The position numbers and the translations under genes are program-made. A DNA stretch of 64,000 nucleotides. Origin: Tubiluchus corallicola. Its lineage: Eukaryota; Animalia; Priapulida. This document shows, in pieces, positions 39,464 through 51,075 of the stretch (its first letter is position 1; every line of letters begins with the position of its first letter). Under the pieces are notes generated by a model. It saw only the letters and a list, made by a program, of their open reading frames with translations. It made no database searches and was not told where the DNA came from. The stretch spans positions 248,001 through 312,000 of the forward strand of contig JAQGDQ010002368.1 in the NCBI GenBank assembly GCA_030141605.1, written 5' to 3'.

Positions 39464-40151
39464 TGCTATATAAAGGTTTGCCAGTTTGGCCTGATATTAT
39501 TTGTGACATCTTTTTGTCTAGGTTTACAACCAAGTTGTTAACTGTTTCCAGTTTTTCTAATGTTTGTTGCGAATTGTCATGTCCTCTCATAACATTTATG
39601 ACTATCCTTAGTTTTTCAACATCTTTTGACTTCTTGATTAAATTTACAGCTAATGCTTTCATTTCTGTGACTGAGCTATATTCAGTGTCATCTGCCTCGC
39701 TAGTACTGCCGTCATTGTCATCCTGTATGCTGTCATTATTATCGTTATCAACACCATCATAACTATCTACGTCAGAATCACCGTCAGCGTCGTTTACAGC
39801 AGAAAACCTGCCATCGAGGGCGGCGCCACGCTCATTTGTTTGCTGGCTATTATAGCGTTGAGAGGCTTCGGACTGTTTTGTGTAGCAGCGGTTACAGATG
39901 ACAGCAGTAAGTTTTGTAGGCCAAATAGGCGATGCAGTTTTTCTGCAAATATCGCAGGCTGTTTTCTTCGGATTTATGCATTGCTGACTAAGGTTTTCAT
40001 CACAACTATGGGTAGCAGCACATTTAGCACATACAATAGCACTAATCTTTTTAGGTTGCACTGGTCTCTGGGTAGACCTACATATTTCGCAGCTCCGGCG
40101 TTCTTTGGCTTTGTGTTGTGTTTGAGATGCTAACTGGTCTGAATCCGCCAT
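39381..40151 (-). CDS. LINE ORF1, N-terminal part (two C4 zinc fingers, acidic linker, probable coiled coil)
   Basis: ATGGCG start at 40151, two CX2C-X16-CX2C motifs, an Asp-rich tract, the heptad-like LEKLETVNNLVVNLDKKM, and KPLYSNAV just before the frame change. Confidence 0.75.
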   Translation of the reverse strand: MADSDQLASQTQHKAKERRSCEICRSTQRPVQPKKISAIVCAKCAATHSCDENLSQQCINPKKTACDICRKTASPIWPTKLTAVICNRCYTKQSEASQRYNSQQTNERGAALDGRFSAVNDADGDSDVDSYDGVDNDNNDSIQDDNDGSTSEADDTEYSSVTEMKALAVNLIKKSKDVEKLRIVINVMRGHDNSQQTLEKLETVNNLVVNLDKKMSQIISGQTGKPLYSNAVRKNLPTSFSETAKTSNTTSISSSI

Positions 40152-40476
40152 GCTTCTGAGCCTCAAATAGGCCTGATTGTTGGCCTATTCAAAGTTGTTG
40201 ACTGGCTTAATTACCTAGTCCAACCAGTGCAGGTACAAGTGGCTATAGTTGCAATAATATTTTCTAAACAAATAGTTATTTCTTTACCTCAAGATTTCTG
40301 CCTGTCTTCAGGTTCTTTGCAGTTGAAAATATCACCAATGGATTGTTCACCACTTTACGATTGTCACACTATAAGTTTTGCCACAAAACTTTTCGATAAA
40401 CTATTAAAAAAATTATAGTTCGCTCGTAACGAAATACTCATGAGTCTATGTGAAGTCACGCTTCACGCGAGAGCGT

Positions 40477-40763
<287 letters not shown>

Positions 40764-41749
40764 AAATATAGATATAGACGTCTGCTGAAAACAGCAGTAA
40801 ATCTACAGACGCATATAATAATGATTTCACTGCCATCTTAATTGCCAGTATCCGACATGCAGAGATTAATGACTTTTTGTATTCAATGGGAGAAAAGTAT
40901 TTTGTCTCAGCTACAAAAGCTGTGGAAGAACGGAAATTAATTCTAACTTGATAAGTACTTTCAAGAAATGCCCATTTTTCAATAAATTTTGATTTACATC
41001 ACATGCTTTAAAATTTGCCGACTTCTATAATGATGAGCTCGTAACACTTATAAGACGTAGTTTAAAAAAGGATGGTCAAATATTTCACCCATGAGTACTT
41101 TGAAAACGCATGTTTAGGTCACTCTTTTTGTTTTTTGTCAGTTTAGTTATTTCACCTACTACAAACAAACATTGAAGTTTTAGAGATAAGCTGATAAGAC
41201 GATAAGATTTCAATTATTGTTTGAGATATTGCTCATGATATGTTCATCGCTGTGAACTAATTCAATTTATGCTACAAATGCTTTACAGTGTCCTTAAGGA
41301 CGTAATATATATTCCCAAGAACTCTGCACATTATCATGCGTTGTGGCGGAACAAACAGCGCAGCGATAACTGTGAGTGCTTAGTGACAGACAACTGGAGA
41401 AAACTGGATGGGTGATCTTCAGGAAAGTCTGCTTTTGAGCAGTTGCATATAATGTACTGCTTCTGATTGTCTGAAGAACTGTTCATTGTGGCTAAGACCG
41501 TGATTCTGTCGGTTAGTAATTCATCTAAGAGGACTACTCTTGATAGATAAGCTAGGTTCCGGTCCTGCCACATAACCATTAGCGCAATCAGCAGGCCTAG
41601 GCTTAGTTTTTGATGCTGCTTATCTGCTTGCAATGTACCGAACTTAAAATGATAGTGCAGTGTTTTAAAATTAAAATTAAATATCATTTTGCACGTTATG
41701 ATTTCTTCTTTTTCTTCAAGGTCCATTCCGTCTATTGTAGATATTGAGG

Positions 41750-42300
41750 CATTAACATTTATTAGAGTATTCTACCCGCTCCTGTCTGCAGCTAACAGCG
41801 TAAGTTCTTCTACTCCTAAAAATAGATTTGGTTGAAGTTGTTGAACATCTCTATTTATCTTAGTTATCGAAGTTGTTCTTGGTTTGCCAGGTAGTTTTGT
41901 GCAAGGTTTTAAGGCTTCCTTTAAGGCGATTCTTGCTAGTAAATCACTTAGTGATCTTAGAAGGTGTAATCTTAATCTTCGGATCTTGACTTGCTCCTAT
42001 GCATTTCTTTTGTTTTTGTGTATAAATCTTCATTTTTGATTATGTATGGCCTTCTTAACTTTAGAACTTTCCTTAGAAGACTTCTGTGAAGCATGTCAAT
42101 CTGCTTTTCTTGAGTAATTGTTAGATTCCATCATTCACTGTTGTGCATAAATATGCTGTTAAGGTCAGCATTAAATAATCGAAGTCTTATGTTAAGACAA
42201 TTTCTTGCTAGTTAATGTATTCTTGCGTTGAAGAAAAGCATGCATTGCTTGTTGCTTTTAATATCATATTCAGTGTTTAGAAAAGTGCCCATATACTTGC
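41750..42300 (-). mobile_element. Decayed RTE-like LINE 3' fragment
   Basis: Minus-strand fragments CKYMGT, LRLFNA...IFMHNSE, IKNEDLY and LARIALKEALKPCTKLPGKPRTT...LTLLAADR match the RTE-type ORF end (G[R/K]PR...LA.DR). Confidence 0.65.
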
Positions 42301-42539
42301 ACTCTTATATATATTACTGCCCATATATTACTGATGTCATTTTTAAGTGTTTTTAACAAGAGGCATAGATGCTCTTACGAATGTTTACTATGCTTACGTG
42401 CAACTAATTTTGAAATATTGCTCCACTGAATCTATGTTCCTAGAACGCATATATTGGTGTTACTGATAAAATTCAAAATGTGCAAAAAGCATTCATACGC
42501 AGGTTGCTTTGCAAGTCTTCCAGAACGGGTTGCCCATAA

Positions 42540-42625
42540 AAGGAACGCATGCTCAATATGGACCCACTAGTACTTAGAAGGCTTAGAGCTGACCTGATTA
42601 TAGTTTTCAAAATCTTAGGGTTGAT
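42540..42625 (+). mobile_element. Very short CR1-type LINE fragment
   Basis: LVLRRLRADLIIVFKIL. Confidence 0.5.
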
Positions 42626-44159
42626 GTATTTTTAATTGAAGCATTTGATTTTCGCAGTTAATTCACACTAAATTCAAACTACTTTAAAAACTGTAATTTC
42701 AATAATCATTTTAGAATTTTTCGTTAGTTTAGAGGATGCGCTTCGTAGAGCCACCCTGAATCCCAATGTACATACAATTTGTAAATATTTATTTTATAAT
42801 AGTCACTAACAATTTACATGGTATATCTGTAAAAGTGTTTATTTTTGGTTCATTGATCGTAATTTTATAAAGCTTTAGATCATTAAAACTTTTATTGTAC
42901 TAGCCCGTTGAGGCTCCTTAAGTCGCTATCGTAATGTTTGTATAATTGTGATTTCACGAAACTGATTTTTTTGAGCCTTGTTAACCCTGGTTGCTCCAGC
43001 GCTTTTAACTTTTTACTATTTACTTGTGCATTATTATTTTGTTGAAAGTGCAAATAAAATTCATCCATTCATTCATTCATAAAATGACTACCCGGAAAAC
43101 CGTTTTTCTTTACTCGCAAGCGATTTAGTGCCGAAATGCCTTCCGTCCGACTATTATGTTACAAGCGATTTATCGGATGCCTCCAATCCATAATTCATAC
43201 CACGGTTTCATAATGAAAATACGTTAATATACACGTAAAAGCTGTTTGGTTTTTCCTCAGTGGATAAACATCACATCAGTACCGCAAGGACCTACGTAAC
43301 TAGGACGTATCGGTTTGAGAAAGGTAATAGAGGCGGTAATGAATAAATCAATAAAGCAAGTTTTGCTGTGTAAACTCAAACTACGTATGATATTCAGCCG
43401 TATTCAAAACGTGCTGACGATTTTTTAATTATTACTTATATACTTGTGGTCTATATATTGCCCCACTCATTTCTTAATGCTACTAGTTCCGGTAATGATA
43501 TTATTACACAAACCGGCGATATGATAAAAATTACGTAACCGCCACAATTGAATGTTACTATAATTTTGAAAAACCTGCAACAATTTCTTGGTTGTTCCTG
43601 GCTTGTTACTAGTGTCATGGAGTGTAGTCTAATTTTATAACCTGTTTCATTGCCCACGCTAAAACCAACTAAATGAATCGTTTGAATAAACTTCAACAAG
43701 TTTTTTGTTTTGTTATTGTTATATGGCGAGTCAAACTCCGGCCGTGCGGCTAAGGTGATTTATACATTGGCACATTCATGCGAACAATCACTCGATCATA
43801 CTCGCACGCAAATCCCTCGAAATCGTGATAGGAAATTATTACGAGATGTTAATCACGCCAATTTAGCTGGAAGGCATTGATCTGTTCTCTTTGTAGCTGT
43901 GGATGTGTGAAGTTCAACGGATAAAGAGAAGCCTGCTAATTCTTGGAATAATACGCGTGGTCCGAGCTAATTAATTGTCTTGTATGGAACATGCCGCCTT
44001 GGTCTGTCATCACTTTCCTTTTTAACCATTGCTGTTATTACTGCAATTGTTATTGAGATGTACTTCATGAAAGTCCCGCTATCACTGAAACAAATAGTTA
44101 TTATGGAATACCAGACTTGTGCCTACAATACGCAGTGTTTGAAAATCATATTACTAATG

Positions 44160-44645
44160 AAGAGGTTATAGGCCTTTCGGGGTGCACCTCGTAAAAACCC
44201 GCTGCCATTACAAACGGACAGTCATTTGTGGAACACTCATTCCTACGATGTGCTGTGGTCGAAAGTGATGTTTCTGATGAAGCTGTTGTTAACCACATTT
44301 TTAAAACCAAAAATGGGTACTCATTTGTGTACTGCCGATGATATACACCTATGATGTACAGTGGCCGAAAATCGTGTTCCTAACAAGGAGGTTATATGCC
44401 TTTTTGGGGGCACCTGTTTTAGGATCTATCCCTTGAAAGCCCCTCTCCCATTACAGACGGGTAGTCATTAGAAAAATTTTACACACCGTCTATGATATGG
44501 AGTGTTCGAAAGTCATGTGTTATAGGCCTTTCTGGAGGTACATATTTTGGGATAATCATAAACGGGTAATCATTTGTGGACTGCCAGACTCGTACCTCCG
44601 ATATGAAGTTGTCTCAAATCATGTTCCTGGTGAGGATGTTATCTC
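44160..44645. repeat. Degenerate tandem repeat, about four copies of a 110-130 bp unit
   Basis: Recurring blocks GTTATAGGCCTTT..GG, ACGG.(T)AGTCATTTGTG and CGATGT...GTGG.CGAAA.T..TGTT. Confidence 0.65.
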
Positions 44646-44679
44646 GTCACTTGTTCTTGCTGGCAGTATGGCAGTGGTA

Positions 44680-45125
44680 GAGTTGCGGGCAGCGAGGCAG
44701 TGGTAGTATTGCTGTCGTTTTGTTGCTTTGTAGATCTTGTTCATGGTGATGGCTGTTTTAGTGTCGTTGTTTTTGCTGTTGATACTTCCGTTGTCATTAC
44801 CGCCATCTTGTCATCTTCGTAACTGGCATTACAATTGTCTTTGTTATTATTGCAGTCTTAATAGTGCTTCTGCTCTTGTGTGGCTAACTGTTGCCCTTTG
44901 TGCTTTTGCTGTCATTGTACTTATTTGATATTGTGACTTGTTCGTCGTTGTATTGCAATAGTTCCATTGTGTTGTATTGTATTGTATCGTTGTCGTGTCC
45001 TTGTTATTGTTGTTGCTGCTGTTGCTGTTATTATTGTCGTCGTTGTTATTGTTATTGTTACTCTTGCTATTGCTGTTGCTGCCATAGCTACTATTGGCGT
45101 TGCTACCACCCACATCACTACTGTT
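44680..45125. repeat. Low-complexity degenerate (TTG/CTG/TCG)n tract
   Basis: Read directly from the sequence; it produces the spurious Cys/Asn/Val-rich ORFs. Confidence 0.8.
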
Positions 45126-45889
45126 CCTCTTACATATTTCTGGATAATATTAATTAGCTAAGCTTCAGCAGACTGTGCTTTGTGTAATTCACAATTGGCT
45201 TCACGTCCAAGACTGATACTCAGAATTCAGAAACTTGAATAAAAAGCACCCAATTATTATAATATCGCTATCCTACTTAATTAAAAACAAACCGTCCGCA
45301 GTCGTTGTGGGCGGTGAGACCTAGAAAAGGAATGCGGTTAAAAGCCACGCACGTGCGTCTTGTTAAATTATAAGAAGCTGCATAATAGTGACAGACAAAC
45401 TGCCTTGGCAGTTAGCAGCAATTTTACGCGAAGCCAGGCTATAGACAACACATGCAGTGCGCGTTGCATTCAAGTACTGACGTTACTATACTTTATCGCT
45501 CCTTATTGTACAATATTAATTATGTTTGTGCGACGTTCATCTAAATAGTAACAAATGCGAAGTTTGACACAAACATAAATTTTTCTGATGATTTTGTTTC
45601 AAGTTTCGCTTGAACGGTGACATTGTCATTAAAGTCTGGCCAGCAGTATGATATCTCTAATGCAAGCAGGTTTGGCCCAATAACGTGTGGCGATTGTTAG
45701 TGTCAGTGATAAGCCTCCCTAATATCGTTGACGTTTCTCTCATTAATCGCAGTAATTTCTAGGGCTTCAAATGAGTAAACCCGCCTGCAATATGAAGCCA
45801 CTGAGCGGCATGTGAGATCGCATTACTTGCCGTGTGTGGGAACATTATGAATTCACACAAAAACAACTTGTGTGGCTAAAAATTTTAAT

Positions 45890-46570
45890 TAGTCTTTATT
45901 GTGCTTACCTGCATGACAGTTGTAATTTAGCTGTCATGAAAAGGGTCGAATATTTGCTGAGAATTTATGTAATTTGTTTTGTGACCCATTGATTTAAACA
46001 CAACATTAAAATGAGGTTGAATCACTACTTGGTTTTTATTACGGTGTTACGAGACGTGTTGGTTGCATCCAGCACAGGATATGACGTTATTAACGAGGGA
46101 AGTAAGCTTGATGTTAATCGCTTGCAAAAGATTTTCGGATATAAATGGGAAGGTAAGTGCATTGCTCGATTACCACGATGATTGCTAATAGATGCACGTG
46201 TGTTGTTAATAGATGTATCAACATCTATAGAGACTGTAAATATATTATTGCCCCAAAGTAAAATAAGAATGAAGTGTAATTTGACCCGCTGAAAAGTTAT
46301 TTTGCAAATAATTTCTGATAAGGTTAAGGGATGTACTGTTAAATCCAAGAAGTTTGAGATTATTGAGCAATAAAGCGTAGTTTAAACTGTTAAATGCTTT
46401 GCTTAGACCCAGAAATGTTCTTACTATGTATTTGTTTTTGTCAAAATTTGATCTCCAATTTCGGTTAGCATTTAGTATTTCATTGATAGTTGAGTATTTT
46501 TTGAAGCCATTAATGTAAATAACGATGTAAAAATTAATATAATTTATGTTGTATAATATAGTGTTATATA
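45890..46570 (-). mobile_element. Decayed, internally deleted L2/CR1-group LINE fragment
   Basis: The RT motif STINEIL...NWRSNFDKNKYIVRTFLGLSKAFNSLNYALLLNNLKLLG is followed by ORF-end-like sequence. Confidence 0.7.
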
Positions 46571-47944
46571 ATAACACTTTTTGTGCAACACGATAGAAGT
46601 GACAGAAAGTCTATTTTTAAGTGTTTTTATGTTTTGTATGTAATTTTTGGCGCAACTGTTTTTGCTAAAATGTCAGATAAATTCCGACAAAGTTTTTAGT
46701 AATAGCATTTGCCAAGAACAGTTGTCGTAAAAGTCACTGAAATGGAGTGTTATCACTCTTGAATAAACAGTAAAAGTAGATGATATAACCACAAAAATGT
46801 CGAATTGAATTTATGAAACTCTGTTACTTAAAAAGCGAACATACATAAATTGATCTATGGTGCACGCAGCCACGATGACACCCAGACCAAAGACGACAAT
46901 GACAACAACAACGACAGTGGCTGATTATTGTCGGTTGCGCTTTATTTTAATTATTTTTTACATAGATGGCTCGGGGTTGCTATCATCACATAACTTAACG
47001 TTTTACTGCACTTTCTGCAGAGAAGTTTTTATTATGCTTTCGAAGCTTAATGAAGACGCGCCGAGAAAATGCGTACTCTTAAAGTTTTAATCGAAAATTA
47101 TCAGCAAAACTTAATTTGCTGTGTGTGCGGTGGCAGCAAGTCCAGAAACAGCAGCTCCGGGAATGTATTTATCCAGGTTTATTACGTATTCGGTTTGTGC
47201 ATTTTATTTTTTCGACCAATATAATCACACAGAAATACCCATAAAGTGCCTGCGCTGTATAGATTGATGTCAACAAGAAAGCAATAAACAGGATCGTTTA
47301 ATTCTTTCGAGTGACGTGCATCCAATTTTATAAAACCTTAACTGTAGCTGGCAGGAGACACAATTTTGAAATTTCACCGCTTGTACAACATTTATTGTGT
47401 ATCCAATCCATTTAGATTTTGCAAGGTTTCAATGTATAGCTGCTTTAACGCCAAAATAGTCGACGAAGTAGATGCAGTAAATTAATACCTATGTCTGAAA
47501 ATTTTCATTTGATTTCAGCCAGAAAATGTCCGTAAGCTGAAAGCTAACATGTGTTACGGTTTTTTAAAAGAGCGTATTAATTTCCTCCCGGAACACACCC
47601 TGTACGTAGCTTTTAAGTATTTTGGAAGAACTGATGTTGGATTTAAAGCATATTTTAAAAAGCAAAAAGGTTTTCATATATATTTGAATTTTCCGGTGCA
47701 CTGTACTGTCTTTGCAAGATTATTTTGATAATCGCAAACGTATAGGTGGAGATTGGAGCAGCATAATAGATAATCGTTTTTACATTTTTTGACATTTACA
47801 GTAAAATAAAAATAATGAAATAAAATAAAATAAAATAAAATGTAACAGATTTAGCCCAATCTGGAAAAATAAATTAGAAAAAAAATTGGAAGCAGCTTAG
47901 GGAGGCCTTTAAGTCGCTGCTTGGCGGAAAACAATTTTGCGTGG

Positions 47945-49325
47945 TAAGCCAACACTTCGCCTGTTATCTTTTCACCAGTCTACTTTTTCGCCAGTTTACT
48001 TTTTTGCCAGTCTACTTTTTCGCCAATCTATCTTTTCGTCAGTGTATCGTGACTAACACTGACCTAGAAGTCACCATTGCCAATTAGGTGTCGATATGGT
48101 TTCATTTGAACACTTTGTGAACGGAAGATATAAGTCCTACAGAGGCGTGCCATAGCCATATATCGTTCGATTCGCAATAAAACGTAGAACCTGATGCACT
48201 GTGTCAAAATCGCTAGTCGCCTTTCATTTAGCCAGAAAATGGCAATAAATAGGATGTCCGGTCGAAAATTTGACATTCAGTATCTGCTGTTATTTTCGTT
48301 TTGCGATTTTAGTTTCTGAGATACGCATCTTTTTTTGGAATAACTCAAAAACTACACAGAGCTACTCCACTAAATTTGGTGTGTTTGTAGCTAGCGCCTG
48401 CTGACCTGCTTGAGTTATGAGCCAAAAATCATCCAAATATGTCCATCTTTGATAAATCTTAATTCCTACAAGAAACGCCACCTACCAAGATCGCGCTGAG
48501 TGGTGATTGTTCGATCAATAACTTGCTACCTAGCCGCCACCACCACCGGGCTGCTACGCTATGCACGTTTTTCTGGTACATGTCGGTACCATACTTATAC
48601 TATCAGGTTAGCAAGTATCGACATGGTTTCCTTTAAACGCTGTCTGAACGAAAACCGTAAGTCCCACAGAGACGTACCATATATCATTTGATTCGCAATG
48701 AAACGTAGAATGAGATGCGCTAAAAGTGCTAAAAGTTTTTACTCTGTTTTGTTTACCTAAAATAATTTTGTTTGCCGAAATTTGGCAAATTGCATAAACG
48801 AGATGTGACGAAGGTGTCGAAATGCCTAATTTGGGAATCCATATCTTATGCAAAAGTTTAGTTGAACTGTTTTATGATATAAAACCAAACTGTTTTGAAG
48901 TCAGATTTTACTTGTTTGTTCAATGTCACCGTTTTATGCATTACTATATCATGTAATTGAAGCCAAGTAGACGACATTTTTGGCTGTTGAGTTCGTCCAA
49001 GAATTCCGCTCTAACCTGTCGAGTTGTGCGGATGTTCTCTTGTGGTCGGTCTAGTAGTTATAGTGTTTGCTTGCAGAAAAGAAATCTGTCAGCATGGTGC
49101 ATGACATAGATGATAGCTGCTTGTTAACGATGATACTTTCCTGTTACTAACTGTTACTGATGATACTTACCTATTGCTCATGGAATTTATCTGACACTGA
49201 TGGTACTTACCTGTTACTGGCGCTACATACCGGCTGTCGATAATTTACCTGAATTTACATGTCGAAAAGGTAGAATGGCGAAAAAGTAGACTGACGAATT
49301 GTGGACTGGCGAAACGACATACAAT
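47945..49325. mobile_element. Foldback-like non-autonomous element with inverted terminal arrays of a 16-bp unit
   Basis: The left array is (CCAGTCTACTTTTTCG)x~4 at 47975-48042. The right array is its reverse complement, (CGAAAAAGTAGACTGG)x~3, at 49263-49314. An internal direct repeat GATTCGCAAT.AAACGTAGAA occurs at ~48170 and ~48690. Confidence 0.7.
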
Positions 49326-51024
49326 CATTTGTGTTATGTCTTTATTATTATTATTATATTATTAGTATTTTTCATTGTTAAAAATGTTACAAACAATGTA
49401 CACATAGCATGCAAAGTTTGTAGGTGCTGATGATTTAGGAAACGTTATATTTTATACGTGAATTATTAACCTGATTCGTGAAAGAAATACTAGGGTGAAA
49501 ACTAATCTAATAACAAACGACAATCTGCTGTGACACAGAGAAAGCAAAAAAGCTCAAAAACTTGTTGCAATGCGCACTTTTTATCACGTTCAAGAGTTAA
49601 ACGCTAAGTACCAATAAATAATAGACTTCTATTAAACATCAACGTAGTGTGCTAAACCTGTTTTTGAGAATTGATACATTTGATGATAAAATTGTTTACG
49701 AAGCCAAACTTTTCCACATGGATCAGATTACTTTTAAAGGCAACAGCAATTTCATGTTGCCATGTTAACAAACATTTTTTTAATTTGTATCGTTGAAGGT
49801 AAAAGGTCGCGAAATTCTTGCCGAAAATTAAGAGTTTCAATAATTTGCTACACAACTAGAATGTGCTGCTCCACTGCGTTAACATCTGGTAAAGATTTAA
49901 GTGTGTTAATAGAAGCCATTGCTGAATAATCCTAACTTTATGTTTATTTATGGAACGAGTGACGTGTACTTGCACTTTCCGTCTATGTGTGTTTGCTGTA
50001 TTTAACATCAGATTTCAACTTTGTGGTGAACAGTTTTACCATGTTTTAAAGAATGATCTTAGCCATGTTATTTTTTATGGATTCTCCGCATAATAGGGAC
50101 TCACAAACTTCATAAACGTCTTAAGGTTTATTAATTTCATAAGCCACAAAGTTCAAAAACTCTTAATGAGGTGATGCTGATATAATGCATTGAGGCCGTG
50201 GAACTCACTTTTTTACTGGAACAACCACGTTGGTACATTATTTTAAAATGTTGGTCATAAAATATCGTACTTTTGTTTTAAGATTTTTTTAAAAGTATTT
50301 TAAAATAAAATGAGTTTAATTCATTTAAACAATACGCATGTATGCGTATACAATTTAAGCGTGTACTAAGCTGACAGTGACGGGGCCAATGTTAGCGTAG
50401 AATGAATTTCTGATAAACTCAGCATCGCAAACATACTATTTACCAAGTGTCTCCACTCGTCGAGAGTAGTACGTTGTAACAAAGATTTTCGAGATTAGTA
50501 TAATTATTATAACAAATTTTAGCGCCAAGTCGGACTTTGAAATAGCTAAAATTTAATAGCTTTTAACACTCAATGCTAACTGTTTATCCAAAAACTTGAA
50601 AGCTGCTGACTCGATAACTCACGTTCATTTCGTTATCCTTTCATCTACATATTGCTATTAAAATTAATTATGCTCTATTTACATTTTATTTTAATTCATT
50701 ATTGTTATAACCCGGGTTGGACACTATACATATTTCGCAGCAGTATGAGCCTAATCCCACAGAGCTATTTACTGTACGTCTTCCAATCTTCTAATTATTA
50801 AAACCCTGATGAAATTAAGCATTAATGCAAAATGCAGAGAGCAGCTAAGAAATCGTTTCCTGCGCAACCTCGAGGGTAATTTTGACAACTTACCAGCAAA
50901 TCTATGCTAAAGTAAAAGGTTAAAGGTATAATTGATATTATTTAGTGCATCACGATTGGTTTAGCAACTGGATTAGCAAAGTCGCTTGACAATTGGGTGA
51001 ACATCAGAGTGGTTCGTCGCGACC

Positions 51025-51075
51025 CAAGTTAAGCAACGCCGAGGTTAGTCAGTGAATGGATGCGTAGTGACATTC
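51025..51075 (+). mobile_element. 5S rRNA-derived fragment (SINE3-like head remnant)
   Basis: AAGTTAAGCAACGCCGAGGTTAGTCAGTGAATGGATGCG..GTGAC resembles the 5S internal control region (box A AGYTAAGC to box C TGGATGGG.GAC). It is too diverged to be a 5S gene. Confidence 0.4.

Noticed and set aside
35303-40133. Plus-strand ORFs of 65-178 aa overlapping the LINE
   Set aside because: They are antisense shadows of the LINE ORFs with no recognisable domains.
44737-45161. Cys-rich, Asn-rich and Thr-rich ORFs with a metallothionein-like appearance
   Set aside because: They come from a degenerate (TTG)n low-complexity tract that is open in several frames on both strands.
47585-47605. ACACACCCTGTA, resembling a Tc1-type right terminus
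   Set aside because: No matching left TIR was found.
49130-49220. ATACTTACCT(G) matches to the U1 snRNA 5' end
   Set aside because: They are part of a short degenerate tandem repeat, and no U1 body or Sm site follows.
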